Shown piece by piece: positions 45,755 to 53,024 of a DNA stretch of 55,589 bases. Both the position numbers and the translations under genes were made by a program. The stretch spans positions 1-55,589 of IMG/VR virus record IMGVR_UViG_3300021090_000026; one strand, given 5' to 3'. Numbering within the stretch: position 1 is the first letter of the stretch; every line of letters begins with the position of its first letter. Source of the DNA: a virus (taxonomy: Duplodnaviria > Caudoviricetes). The notes beneath the pieces are model-generated. The model had not been told where the DNA came from. It made no database searches and worked only from the letters and a program-made list of their open reading frames with translations.

Positions 45755-46279
45755 TCATTCGAAGTCCATCAGGACGAAACGACCATCATGCGTCCAACCC
45801 CATTCTTGATGGGTTTCCAGGGAGTGGGTGTCAAGTCTGTTTGCACGCACGAAAACCTTGAGGTCCTCTATGAAGCTTTTCTGTTCGGGCGTGATATCGA
45901 ATTCTCCCACCGTCTCGTACCAGTCGCGTCCGTCCAAGAACTCTCCGAGGGCTCTCTCGCTCACACCCACGATTCGAAAAGCTTCTTCGGGCAAGACAGC
46001 TTTCAATCTCTCCACGAGGATCCACCAGAATTCTGGATGGTGGTCCAGCACTCTCGGAACGAATCGTCCATTCGCGGGATTCGAACCCACCCTCCACTCC
46101 GTCCTGTTGGGTTGGACGTCGTCCGTGACTATCTTAATCACTGTCGAATTGGAGACCGCGAACGCCGCCCGGGAGTTTCCTTCTCCAAGGTAGACGAAGC
46201 TACGTTCGCAGTAGTCCCATACCTCATCCAAAGTTGATAAGTTCTTGAGCGTTGCGACGATCTTGTGTTCGATCTTCAT
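45755..46279 (-). CDS. Minimal protein kinase-like protein
   Basis: 'YLGEGNSRAAF..VIKI..N..EW..ILVERL..H..WG..GRFVLMDF'; TACTTA at 46287-46292. Confidence 0.65.
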   Translation of the reverse strand: MKIEHKIVATLKNLSTLDEVWDYCERSFVYLGEGNSRAAFAVSNSTVIKIVTDDVQPNRTEWRVGSNPANGRFVPRVLDHHPEFWWILVERLKAVLPEEAFRIVGVSERALGEFLDGRDWYETVGEFDITPEQKSFIEDLKVFVRANRLDTHSLETHQEWGWTHDGRFVLMDFE

Positions 46280-46526
46280 CTTCGGATAAGTAGGGTGAAA
46301 CGGCCCGAAAAAATTCCCGAGAGATTCTAGAAACCCAACGGGTTGTAGCCCACGAGCCCGCACCGGGAACATGCCTTGATCGTTGGTCTCCCTTCGATAC
46401 CAATGTCATGCTCGTCGTAGAAAAGGATCCAATCGTGCTTGCAGAGGCCGAAACAGGCCCGAATTTTTTCGGAGAGAATCGGGACGAGGGCCTTTGGCAA
46501 GGATAATTGTCAGGTTTGGGAGAGAA

Positions 46527-47342
46527 TCAATCCACCACCAGCACGCAGATCATCTTGCCACGAACGAAGGATTCAAAAGCCGTGCGAGCTCCCGAGACGG
46601 CTTTTTCAATCTCCGCGAGAACCGCGTCGAACCTCCCAAATTCGGAATGAACGAAGCGAAACCCTCGAGAATCAAGAATCGCCTGCGTCATGATTTCCGC
46701 CACGGTGTCTCTCCCGAATTCATCGTGTGGCAACGCACCGGTCCGCGCGCTCTTGAACGTGAACGATTTCGAGAAATCGGGCGCGAGCTCCATGAGACTG
46801 CCAAGCCCGTCCATGGCGGCGACCTTGAGGTCGTGCATGAGACTCGTCACTCTTTCAAAGATCTCCGCGACCTGGTTCGCACCGCGAACATTCCCGATCG
46901 GAGAATCGAAGATCGCATGGACGAACATCCAAGGTGTCGGTAGAAGACCTTTTTCCATCCGGAATGCGTACGGACAAAAGATCGTTCCACCTGAAGACAA
47001 AAAGTGAGAAAGCTCGGAGGTGAGCGGGGACGGCAGGCCCAGGTCTTCGAGCGATGCTCCGGCGGTCTCCGGGTCGTACGACCCGACGCGCGCTCCGGGA
47101 CTTCCGAGGCTAGGAGATCCCCAGATAGGAACGATCCGAATGGGGACGGACAGATTGCCGTACAACCGCGTAGCTTGCTTGAAAAATTCGGGAGAAGCGA
47201 AGAAGCGCTCGGCCTGCTTCTGGTGCTTCGGTCGAGTGGTATCCTGAACAACGATGTCAGAAACTCCGTGTTCGGGTGTCATGGGAGACTCTGCCAAGCA
47301 TTTCCTGACGATGGACCTGAGTTCGAGTATACGCAGTTTCAT
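46527..47342 (-). CDS. Hypothetical protein with 'MKLRILELRSIVR' leader
   Basis: Leader motif; 'TPWMFVHAIFD..E' possible metal site; TACTTA at 47359-47364. Confidence 0.7.
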   Translation of the reverse strand: MKLRILELRSIVRKCLAESPMTPEHGVSDIVVQDTTRPKHQKQAERFFASPEFFKQATRLYGNLSVPIRIVPIWGSPSLGSPGARVGSYDPETAGASLEDLGLPSPLTSELSHFLSSGGTIFCPYAFRMEKGLLPTPWMFVHAIFDSPIGNVRGANQVAEIFERVTSLMHDLKVAAMDGLGSLMELAPDFSKSFTFKSARTGALPHDEFGRDTVAEIMTQAILDSRGFRFVHSEFGRFDAVLAEIEKAVSGARTAFESFVRGKMICVLVVD

Positions 47343-47616
47343 TTTTGGGGGCCGAATCTAAGTAGAAAAATTCCCGAGAGATTTTTGGGTTTTGGTCCGT
47401 GCAACCTTAATTGTAAGCTCCGGGAAACGCGAATTCAACGGTGTGAATCAGACGAGCAAACGAAAAGTGATCGAATTTTTCTCGAGAATTCACCGCGGGG
47501 CGTTGCGCCCGTGAACCCCCCGAAAAGGGCCCCATAAAGTAGCCTAGGCGGCCCCACCCATTTTTCAGGGGCCCTTTTTTAGGCCCCACTTTGAATCGAA
47601 CTTCGTTTTTGCCGGG

Positions 47617-47645
47617 CGGAACCGGTTTCGCCACGGGGTTATAAT
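47617..47645 (+). promoter_or_regulatory. Promoter CGGAAC-N17-TATAAT
   Basis: Perfect -10, family-like -35, start of rightward block. Confidence 0.55.
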
Positions 47646-47717
47646 TGGTTTTACAAGGTGGGGAGGGGACGAAAAACCCCAACCCCAAACCACCCACCAA
47701 CCCGGAGTTTCACCACC

Positions 47718-48182
47718 ATGCGTAAGTCCGTCCTCAAGGTCCTCGTCGGTTTCTCCTGCCTCCCGACCGCGACCAAGTTCCAGCCCCTGTCGCCCACCAC
47801 CTCGAACGCCTTCACGCCGAACCAGTACCAGTACATCCTCGAGTCCACCAGCGAGCTCGACCTGAAAGGTGGACCGGTCAGGGTGGTGCTCACGACCTTC
47901 GAACCCCTCATGGTCGGGGAAGGGGACGACGCGGAGATCGTCGATGTCGGATTCAACATCGCGACGAAGCACTTCTCCGAGAAGAAGAATCTCCCCTCTC
48001 GAAAGGTCATCACCATCATCGACCTCGCGGGAACGGTCCACGGTGAGCCGGTGGTCAAGGGGACCTCTCTTCCCCACTGGGAACTCATGGTCGAGGGGAT
48101 GACCAAGGAGTCGGTCCAGGCCCGAATCGAGGCGAATCGGTCGGGCAAGATGGCTCCCAAGCAGCTCGCGCTCTCCCTCTAA
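47718..48182 (+). CDS. Hypothetical protein, paralogue of 52448
   Basis: RBS GGAG; strong C-ending codon bias; shares 'KNLP.R','IID..G.V.G','KG..LPHWE'. Confidence 0.75.
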   Translation: MRKSVLKVLVGFSCLPTATKFQPLSPTTSNAFTPNQYQYILESTSELDLKGGPVRVVLTTFEPLMVGEGDDAEIVDVGFNIATKHFSEKKNLPSRKVITIIDLAGTVHGEPVVKGTSLPHWELMVEGMTKESVQARIEANRSGKMAPKQLALSL

Positions 48183-48191
48183 GGTTAGGGG

Positions 48192-48234
48192 TCATCGGAT
48201 CGGGAGGGATTCATCTCCCTCTCGGTCCCGATGA
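48192..48234 (+). terminator. GC-rich hairpin after 47718 gene
   Basis: tcatcgg..gggaggga/tccctctc..ccgatga; no clear U-tract. Confidence 0.4.
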
Positions 48235-48279
48235 GACATCTTAAGTTGGCTCTCGTCGAAGAGACGAACGTCGCTCGAG

Positions 48280-48576
48280 ATGTCTCATCGGGATCGAATC
48301 ATCGATCTCGTCTTCACGGAGAAAACGAACATGGCGGACGTCATCACGGTCTCTGCACCCGAGCTCAGCCTCTACAAGGGCAACCCCGTCCTCACCCTCA
48401 ACCCGGCCGGCCGGGTGAACATGGGCTTCGGCCTGGCGAAGGGAATGATCATCGTCGAGAATCTGGCCCCCCTGCTGGTCTTCCTCACCTCCCACGGGAA
48501 GGAGATCGGGGCGGGCGAGACCCTCCGGGCCCATGCCGCGGAGTTCCTGAAGATGGCCGGTTACCCGGCGAAGTGA
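48280..48576 (+). CDS. Hypothetical protein
   Basis: 'YKGNPVLTL..FGLAKGMIIVEN'; start may be 48331. Confidence 0.65.
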   Translation: MSHRDRIIDLVFTEKTNMADVITVSAPELSLYKGNPVLTLNPAGRVNMGFGLAKGMIIVENLAPLLVFLTSHGKEIGAGETLRAHAAEFLKMAGYPAK

Positions 48577-48658
48577 GGGGTTAGCTCCCCTGCTCCCCGG
48601 CTTTCCGAAAGGAGAGCTCGGGGGCGGGCGATCCAGCCCGACGGAGACGAATCGAATC

Positions 48659-48859
48659 ATGGGCCTGCTGGACCTCATCTTCAACCTCGGAGGATCGCGC
48701 GACTCGGGAGAGGGCTTCGACGAAGAAGAGCCCTCCCCTCCCTCTTACAGGCCGGCTCCCACCGTGTGCCAGTGCAACGGCTGCGGACGGACCTTCCACG
48801 AGACCTGGCTCCACTGCTACTGCCCCGCCCGATGCGGCGGAAGGATCTATCGCTCCTAG
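48659..48859 (+). CDS. Zn-ribbon protein
   Basis: 'MGLLDLIF', CNGC..CPARCG. Confidence 0.6.
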   Translation: MGLLDLIFNLGGSRDSGEGFDEEEPSPPSYRPAPTVCQCNGCGRTFHETWLHCYCPARCGGRIYRS

Positions 48860-48883
48860 AGCGGTAGCGAAAGGACACATCAA

Positions 48884-49207
48884 ATGAAAATCGTCGACAC
48901 GGCCGCCCTGGCCTTCATCGTCACCGGGCTCTTGCTCTCCGGGATCTACGTCGAGGAAAAGAAGGTCATCCGACCCGAGCCCCGCACGGTGGCTCCCCAG
49001 CGCACTGACATGAACGTCCCCCTCCCCAGGGACAAGGAGATCACGATCACCCTGGGCGATACCGTCATCTCGGTGAAGCGCCCGGCTCGCCATGACGGGG
49101 AGACGATCATCGAGCTGGACGAGGAAGCTCCCCAGGCGAAGTGGGTCTGCTCGGCCTGGATGGAGAGCCAGGTGGGCGGAGCGTACCGGAAGTGCGGTCT
49201 CCAGTGA
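48884..49207 (+). CDS. Membrane-anchored hypothetical protein
   Basis: RBS AAGGA; N-terminal TM. Confidence 0.65.
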   Translation: MKIVDTAALAFIVTGLLLSGIYVEEKKVIRPEPRTVAPQRTDMNVPLPRDKEITITLGDTVISVKRPARHDGETIIELDEEAPQAKWVCSAWMESQVGGAYRKCGLQ

Positions 49208-49332
49208 ACACCATCAGGACCCTCTGGCTGCAATTCGGCGCGCCTGGGCAGAGCATGAAGGCATTCGCCAAGAGCCGCCCCGGGTGTGAGGTGTGTCAGG
49301 CCTGGCTCCTGAACAAGCGTGGCGTCCAGTGA
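49204..49332 (+). CDS. Small hypothetical peptide
   Basis: GTGA overlap; codon bias fits block. Confidence 0.45.
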   Translation: MNTIRTLWLQFGAPGQSMKAFAKSRPGCEVCQAWLLNKRGVQ

Positions 49333-49506
49333 GAACGTTCCTCCGCCGGCTGGCCTGGCTCTTCGAGAGAGACACCCACCCGCTTCACGATTGGTAGTCT
49401 CCAGCATTGGTGTCCCCGCCCGGGCCGGAAGGTTCAGGCGGGGGAACGAACGCTCGAGAAAGCTCTATGGACAGTGAGCCCTCGATGGCCCAGGCGGGTC
49501 AGAGAG

Positions 49507-49535
49507 ATGAAACCTCGATGAGCGTGTGGTACAAT
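49507..49535 (+). promoter_or_regulatory. Promoter ATGAAA-N17-TACAAT (TGG extended -10)
   Basis: Repeated family; ATG follows 5 nt after -10. Confidence 0.7.
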
Positions 49536-49540
49536 AAACC

Positions 49541-49828
49541 ATGAAAATGGACTCCCGCCTCCTCGCCCGCGCTCTCCTCGGCTCCTCTCTGAACGAGGCC
49601 CGGCTCCCCCAAGGGGTTCGAGCGCAGGTCTCGGCGAAGGCATACCTCGCGGGAGGACCCTCCTTCGTGGACCTCGAACCGGGAGAATTCATCCTCCTGG
49701 GCTACAGGGTGGAAGGGACCGAGGTGGTTGTCGACATGATGACCAACGACGGGACGAAGCTCCCTCCCCTCGTCGCCGGCTCCGCCGCGGGCGCGACAGA
49801 TCTCGGGTCTGCCCTCGAAGCGAAGTGA
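49541..49828 (+). CDS. Hypothetical protein (probably leaderless)
   Basis: Starts at expected transcription start. Confidence 0.6.
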   Translation: MKMDSRLLARALLGSSLNEARLPQGVRAQVSAKAYLAGGPSFVDLEPGEFILLGYRVEGTEVVVDMMTNDGTKLPPLVAGSAAGATDLGSALEAK

Positions 49829-49886
49829 GCGGCAATACCTCTATGCACAAGCTCTCTCCGATCCACCCTCTGACGCAGGAGATCAC

Positions 49887-50066
49887 TTGATCCGAAAACT
49901 CGTCTGGTTCTGCAGGGCCTGCAATCACCTCGAGGACGTCGGTTGCGACGACGAGGGCCCCATGGCCGAGATCGGAGAGCAGGACAATTGCGTCCACTGC
50001 CCCTCCGGCGTGGCGATCGTCATCGAGATCGAAGCCCTCTCCCCGCCCGACAAGACGGCGAACTAG
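49887..50066 (+). CDS. 59-aa Zn-ribbon protein (not in ORF track)
   Basis: RBS AGGAG, TTG start; CRAC..CVHC. Confidence 0.55.
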   Translation: MIRKLVWFCRACNHLEDVGCDDEGPMAEIGEQDNCVHCPSGVAIVIEIEALSPPDKTAN

Positions 50067-50390
50067 AAGATGAGCCCGGGCCGGGAGGAAAGAATCATTT
50101 CCCATAGGGGAGTACCGTCCCCAGCCCAGGATTTCGCCTTCATGCCCTCCCCGTCCCCCAACGCGCAGACGAAGACGGCGCAAGTGATTGGTCGATTGTG
50201 CATGACCCCTCAGAACCCTCGGATTGCTCACCTGGACCGGGACATAAAGATTCCTTGCTACGAGGCCTGGGCTTCAACCCGTGTGTTCTGGAGCAATCCA
50301 GCGTGGTTCTCCGGCACCCTTGACATTTGCTGTTTAGGCTGGATGTAAACCAACCGAGTGTTTCTCCGACACGTTGAAAGGACCACCGAC

Positions 50391-50633
50391 ATGTTCGTCT
50401 GCTGCGATTGCAAGAAGGAGATTCCCGAGGCTCTGGCCTCCACCCACACGCTGCCGAACTCGGACGGGAGCGCCACGATCCAGTGCGTTCCCTGCCATGT
50501 GAATGGGCACGAGACGTCGAACGGCAAGCACGAACCCCTCTTCTCCGCGTTGAAAAAGAACAGGGCGGCCTGCTGGGCTTGCTCGGTTCCCCTGGAGAGA
50601 GGGAGGTCCGAAGACCTCTGGGACGATCTCTAG
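50391..50633 (+). CDS. Zn-finger protein, paralogue of 51653
   Basis: 'MFVCCDC..IPE..PNSDGSATIQCVPCH'. Confidence 0.65.
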   Translation: MFVCCDCKKEIPEALASTHTLPNSDGSATIQCVPCHVNGHETSNGKHEPLFSALKKNRAACWACSVPLERGRSEDLWDDL

Positions 50634-50653
50634 CCTTACCGACTTCTCTACTA

Positions 50654-50686
50654 GAAGCGTGAGAGGAGTCGAACCTCTCACGCTTC
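50654..50686 (-). other. tRNA-minihelix-like hairpin with T-loop
   Basis: 13-bp perfect stem, 7-nt loop TTCGACT on minus strand closed by G-C. Confidence 0.5.
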
Positions 50687-50727
50687 CCGAGATTGTTTTC
50701 TGCTTGGCGCGGATCGAATCTCTCCGG

Positions 50728-50756
50728 ATGAACCGATGGGGTCACCGTGGTACAAT
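50728..50756 (+). promoter_or_regulatory. Promoter ATGAAC-N17-TACAAT (TGG extended -10)
   Basis: Repeated family; 18-nt copy at 52025-52042. Confidence 0.7.
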
Positions 50757-50779
50757 GAATTTCACTGGAGGCATCCACA

Positions 50780-51019
50780 ATGACGAGAACGGAATTCTCG
50801 AAGCGCCCGGGCATGACGTACACCTGCTTTGGCACTCTCTCCCAGGAGAAGGTGACCGATCTCATTTCTCGCTGGGAGGCTCTCGCTTTGGGCAACGTTG
50901 CCGTGAAGGTCAATGACTACTACGTCTTCCTTGACAAGGAGGAAGGGGACTCGGTTGGGTACGAGTTCATCAACGCCTTCCTCTCCACCATTCTCACGGT
51001 CGATGGAGAACTCCTGTAA
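50780..51019 (+). CDS. Hypothetical protein
   Basis: RBS GGAGG. Confidence 0.65.
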   Translation: MTRTEFSKRPGMTYTCFGTLSQEKVTDLISRWEALALGNVAVKVNDYYVFLDKEEGDSVGYEFINAFLSTILTVDGELL

Positions 51020-51550
51020 ATGCGACACGTGATCCTCACCTGCAAGAATCATCCCGACCTGCGCTGGAGCTGCAAGTCCATCGCCATGGACGAGAATGCC
51101 AAACCCGGCAGTCCCGCCCGATACAACGGCTCGCGCTCCATCTTCTTCAACGGTACACCCACCGGCAAGGGGATGTACTCCGATGGAAGCGGTCTCGACT
51201 GCACCGAGGTCGACGAGCTGTCCGGAAGGCTTGTCAAAGAGTGCTCATGCCCCAACGGGGAGCTCATCATCGCAGAAGAAGATGCCCTGGTTCGTCGAGA
51301 GCCCGTCCTGCCGGTCAACGCAGAGGAGCAGGAGGAGGTGGATCCCGCTGACCCCACCATTGTTGTCGAACTCATGGGAATGCTGAGCTCGCCGGGTCAT
51401 AGCATCCTGGAAGTGGTCAGGCATCTCCGCCGGCGCACGGGACTGAGTCTGTTCGAGGCGTACCGAATGGTCACTAAACTCAGGCCCATAAAGGACAACC
51501 ATCAGCAAGATCCCAATCCCTGCGTGAACATCTCTATCCTCAAACGGTAA
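51020..51550 (+). CDS. Hypothetical protein with C-terminal ribosomal L7/L12-CTD-like motif
   Basis: 'ILEVVRHLRRRTGLSLFEAYRMV'. Confidence 0.6.
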   Translation: MRHVILTCKNHPDLRWSCKSIAMDENAKPGSPARYNGSRSIFFNGTPTGKGMYSDGSGLDCTEVDELSGRLVKECSCPNGELIIAEEDALVRREPVLPVNAEEQEEVDPADPTIVVELMGMLSSPGHSILEVVRHLRRRTGLSLFEAYRMVTKLRPIKDNHQQDPNPCVNISILKR

Positions 51551-51561
51551 GCTCTCTTCTA

Positions 51562-51616
51562 GAGACGGATCCCTATCGGAGGGATACTTTGGGTTCGAAT
51601 CCCTTTCCGTCTCCCA
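51562..51616 (+). ncRNA. Truncated tRNA-like element ending in CCA
   Basis: GAGACGGA/TCCGTCTC stem + CCA, GGG-TTCGAAT-CCC T-loop, single internal hairpin TCCCT-ATCGG-AGGGA. Confidence 0.45.
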
Positions 51617-51652
51617 AATTTCTGCTTGGCGTCCCACCGAAGGAGATCGATC

Positions 51653-51976
51653 ATGTTCAAGTGCTGCGACTGCTCGACCACAATTCCGGAGAACGAGTCC
51701 GACAAGACCATGCCCAACGCGGACCGGAGCGCCACCATCCAGTGCCTCCCCTGCCACGAGATCGCTCTGGGCACACACTACGTCTACGGTACGAGAGACC
51801 TGCACCTCGTGGCGGCGCTCCTCGACTACCTGAACCAGATCTCCCGAGCGAAGTTCTCCACCCAGCCGAACGGTTCGACGGGTCGTACTGAGATCCTCTG
51901 CGACGAAACGGCCATCGGCCTCTCCATCTCGGCACGGTCATTCGCAGCCGGGTGGATCGCAAAGAGTCGGCAGTGA
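51653..51976 (+). CDS. Zn-finger protein, paralogue of 50391
   Basis: RBS AAGGAG; 'MFKCCDC..IPE..PNADRSATIQCLPCH'. Confidence 0.65.
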   Translation: MFKCCDCSTTIPENESDKTMPNADRSATIQCLPCHEIALGTHYVYGTRDLHLVAALLDYLNQISRAKFSTQPNGSTGRTEILCDETAIGLSISARSFAAGWIAKSRQ

Positions 51977-52067
51977 GACGGCGAAGTGCATCGGCCTGCC
52001 CACCCATCACGAACCCTGACCTGCGGGGTCACCGTGGTACAAAATGGAACCAATGGAGGAATCTGCG

Positions 52068-52289
52068 ATGAATCTCATCCAAGTCAAGGACAAGCGCTGG
52101 CTCGCACTCCGGCGGAGGAAGCCCCATGGCGAGGAGGAGGTCCTGTACTTCCCCGTCGTGGTCGAGGCTCTTCACAACTGCCCGCCCACCCCAGGTACTG
52201 TCCCTTCGATCAGGATCAAGTTGCGCCCGGGCGTCCGAGTCTGGGTCCAGCCTGAGGAACTTTTCATGAACTCTGACGGAAGCAAGTAG
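52068..52289 (+). CDS. Hypothetical protein
   Basis: RBS GGAGGA. Confidence 0.6.
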   Translation: MNLIQVKDKRWLALRRRKPHGEEEVLYFPVVVEALHNCPPTPGTVPSIRIKLRPGVRVWVQPEELFMNSDGSK

Positions 52290-52350
52290 TCCTTCGAAAG
52301 TTCTCGTAAGCTCCATCTAAGCTCAACCGGAAAACAAAGTTCCCTGCAGG

Positions 52351-52379
52351 ATGAAACTGCAGTGGTCACGTGATATAAT
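52351..52379 (+). promoter_or_regulatory. Promoter ATGAAA-N17-TATAAT (TGA extended -10)
   Basis: Repeated family. Confidence 0.7.
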
Positions 52380-52447
52380 GTCTTAAGTGGTAAGGAAGAA
52401 TTTTTCTCCCCGAGCCGGTTTCCCACAACATCTGAAGAGGTTTCATC

Positions 52448-52948
52448 ATGATCCGGAAAAATAAGGCCACGAAGTCTCTCTCCGGCGTCTACGTCCTCCC
52501 CACATCTTCCAAGGCTCACGTCCACGAGCCCAAGCGCGGCACGGCGTTCCAGCCCGGACAGTTCAACTACCTCCTCACGGCGACCCAGTCGATCGACGAG
52601 GGCGGTTACCCCGCGCAGGTGGTGGTCTCCTCGGACGAGGCGATCGAGGGTTGGGAGGTCGACGCCGAGGTCGCAACCCAGCACGCCCAGGTCCGCAAGA
52701 ACCTCCCGCCCCGTGCCGTCGCGGCGATCATTGATCCGGAGGGCAACGTCGACGGTTCCCTCACCTCCGCCCCCAAGGGACTCGGCCTCCCGCACTGGGA
52801 GTTCATCTCCACCAACCCGGACGGTTCAGCCAACGTCGCCGACTGCAACGCCGTCGAGGAGCGCATCAAGCGTAACAAGGCGAACCTCAAGGCTGACAAG
52901 GACGCGGTCCGCGACGCCAAGAAAGGCACGACGGTCAAGACCGCATGA
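52448..52948 (+). CDS. Hypothetical protein, paralogue of 47718
   Basis: RBS GAGG; strong codon bias; shared motifs. Confidence 0.75.
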   Translation: MIRKNKATKSLSGVYVLPTSSKAHVHEPKRGTAFQPGQFNYLLTATQSIDEGGYPAQVVVSSDEAIEGWEVDAEVATQHAQVRKNLPPRAVAAIIDPEGNVDGSLTSAPKGLGLPHWEFISTNPDGSANVADCNAVEERIKRNKANLKADKDAVRDAKKGTTVKTA

Positions 52949-52958
52949 TCTGAGGAGT

Positions 52959-52999
52959 GGGGCGAGGGGAATTCTCTCCGGGGTTCCCTCGCCCCTTTT
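52959..52999 (+). terminator. Intrinsic terminator
   Basis: ggggcgaggg/ccctcgcccc stem followed by TTTT. Confidence 0.7.
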
Positions 53000-53024
53000 C
53001 CCGTAAGCATTTTCGTCTACGTGC

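Larger units (their letters stand above)
45665..47386. repeat. Three copies of an imperfect dyad with core TTCCCGAGAGATT (45670, 46314, 47371)
   Basis: Identical 13-mer core with A/T flanks, each upstream of a TACTTA-led minus-strand gene. Confidence 0.7.

Noticed and set aside
49335-49500. Possible structured ncRNA (GC-rich hairpin at about 49414-49443; similar at 48590-48625)
   Set aside because: Hairpins are expected in GC-rich intergenic DNA after stop codons, and no recognisable family motif was seen.
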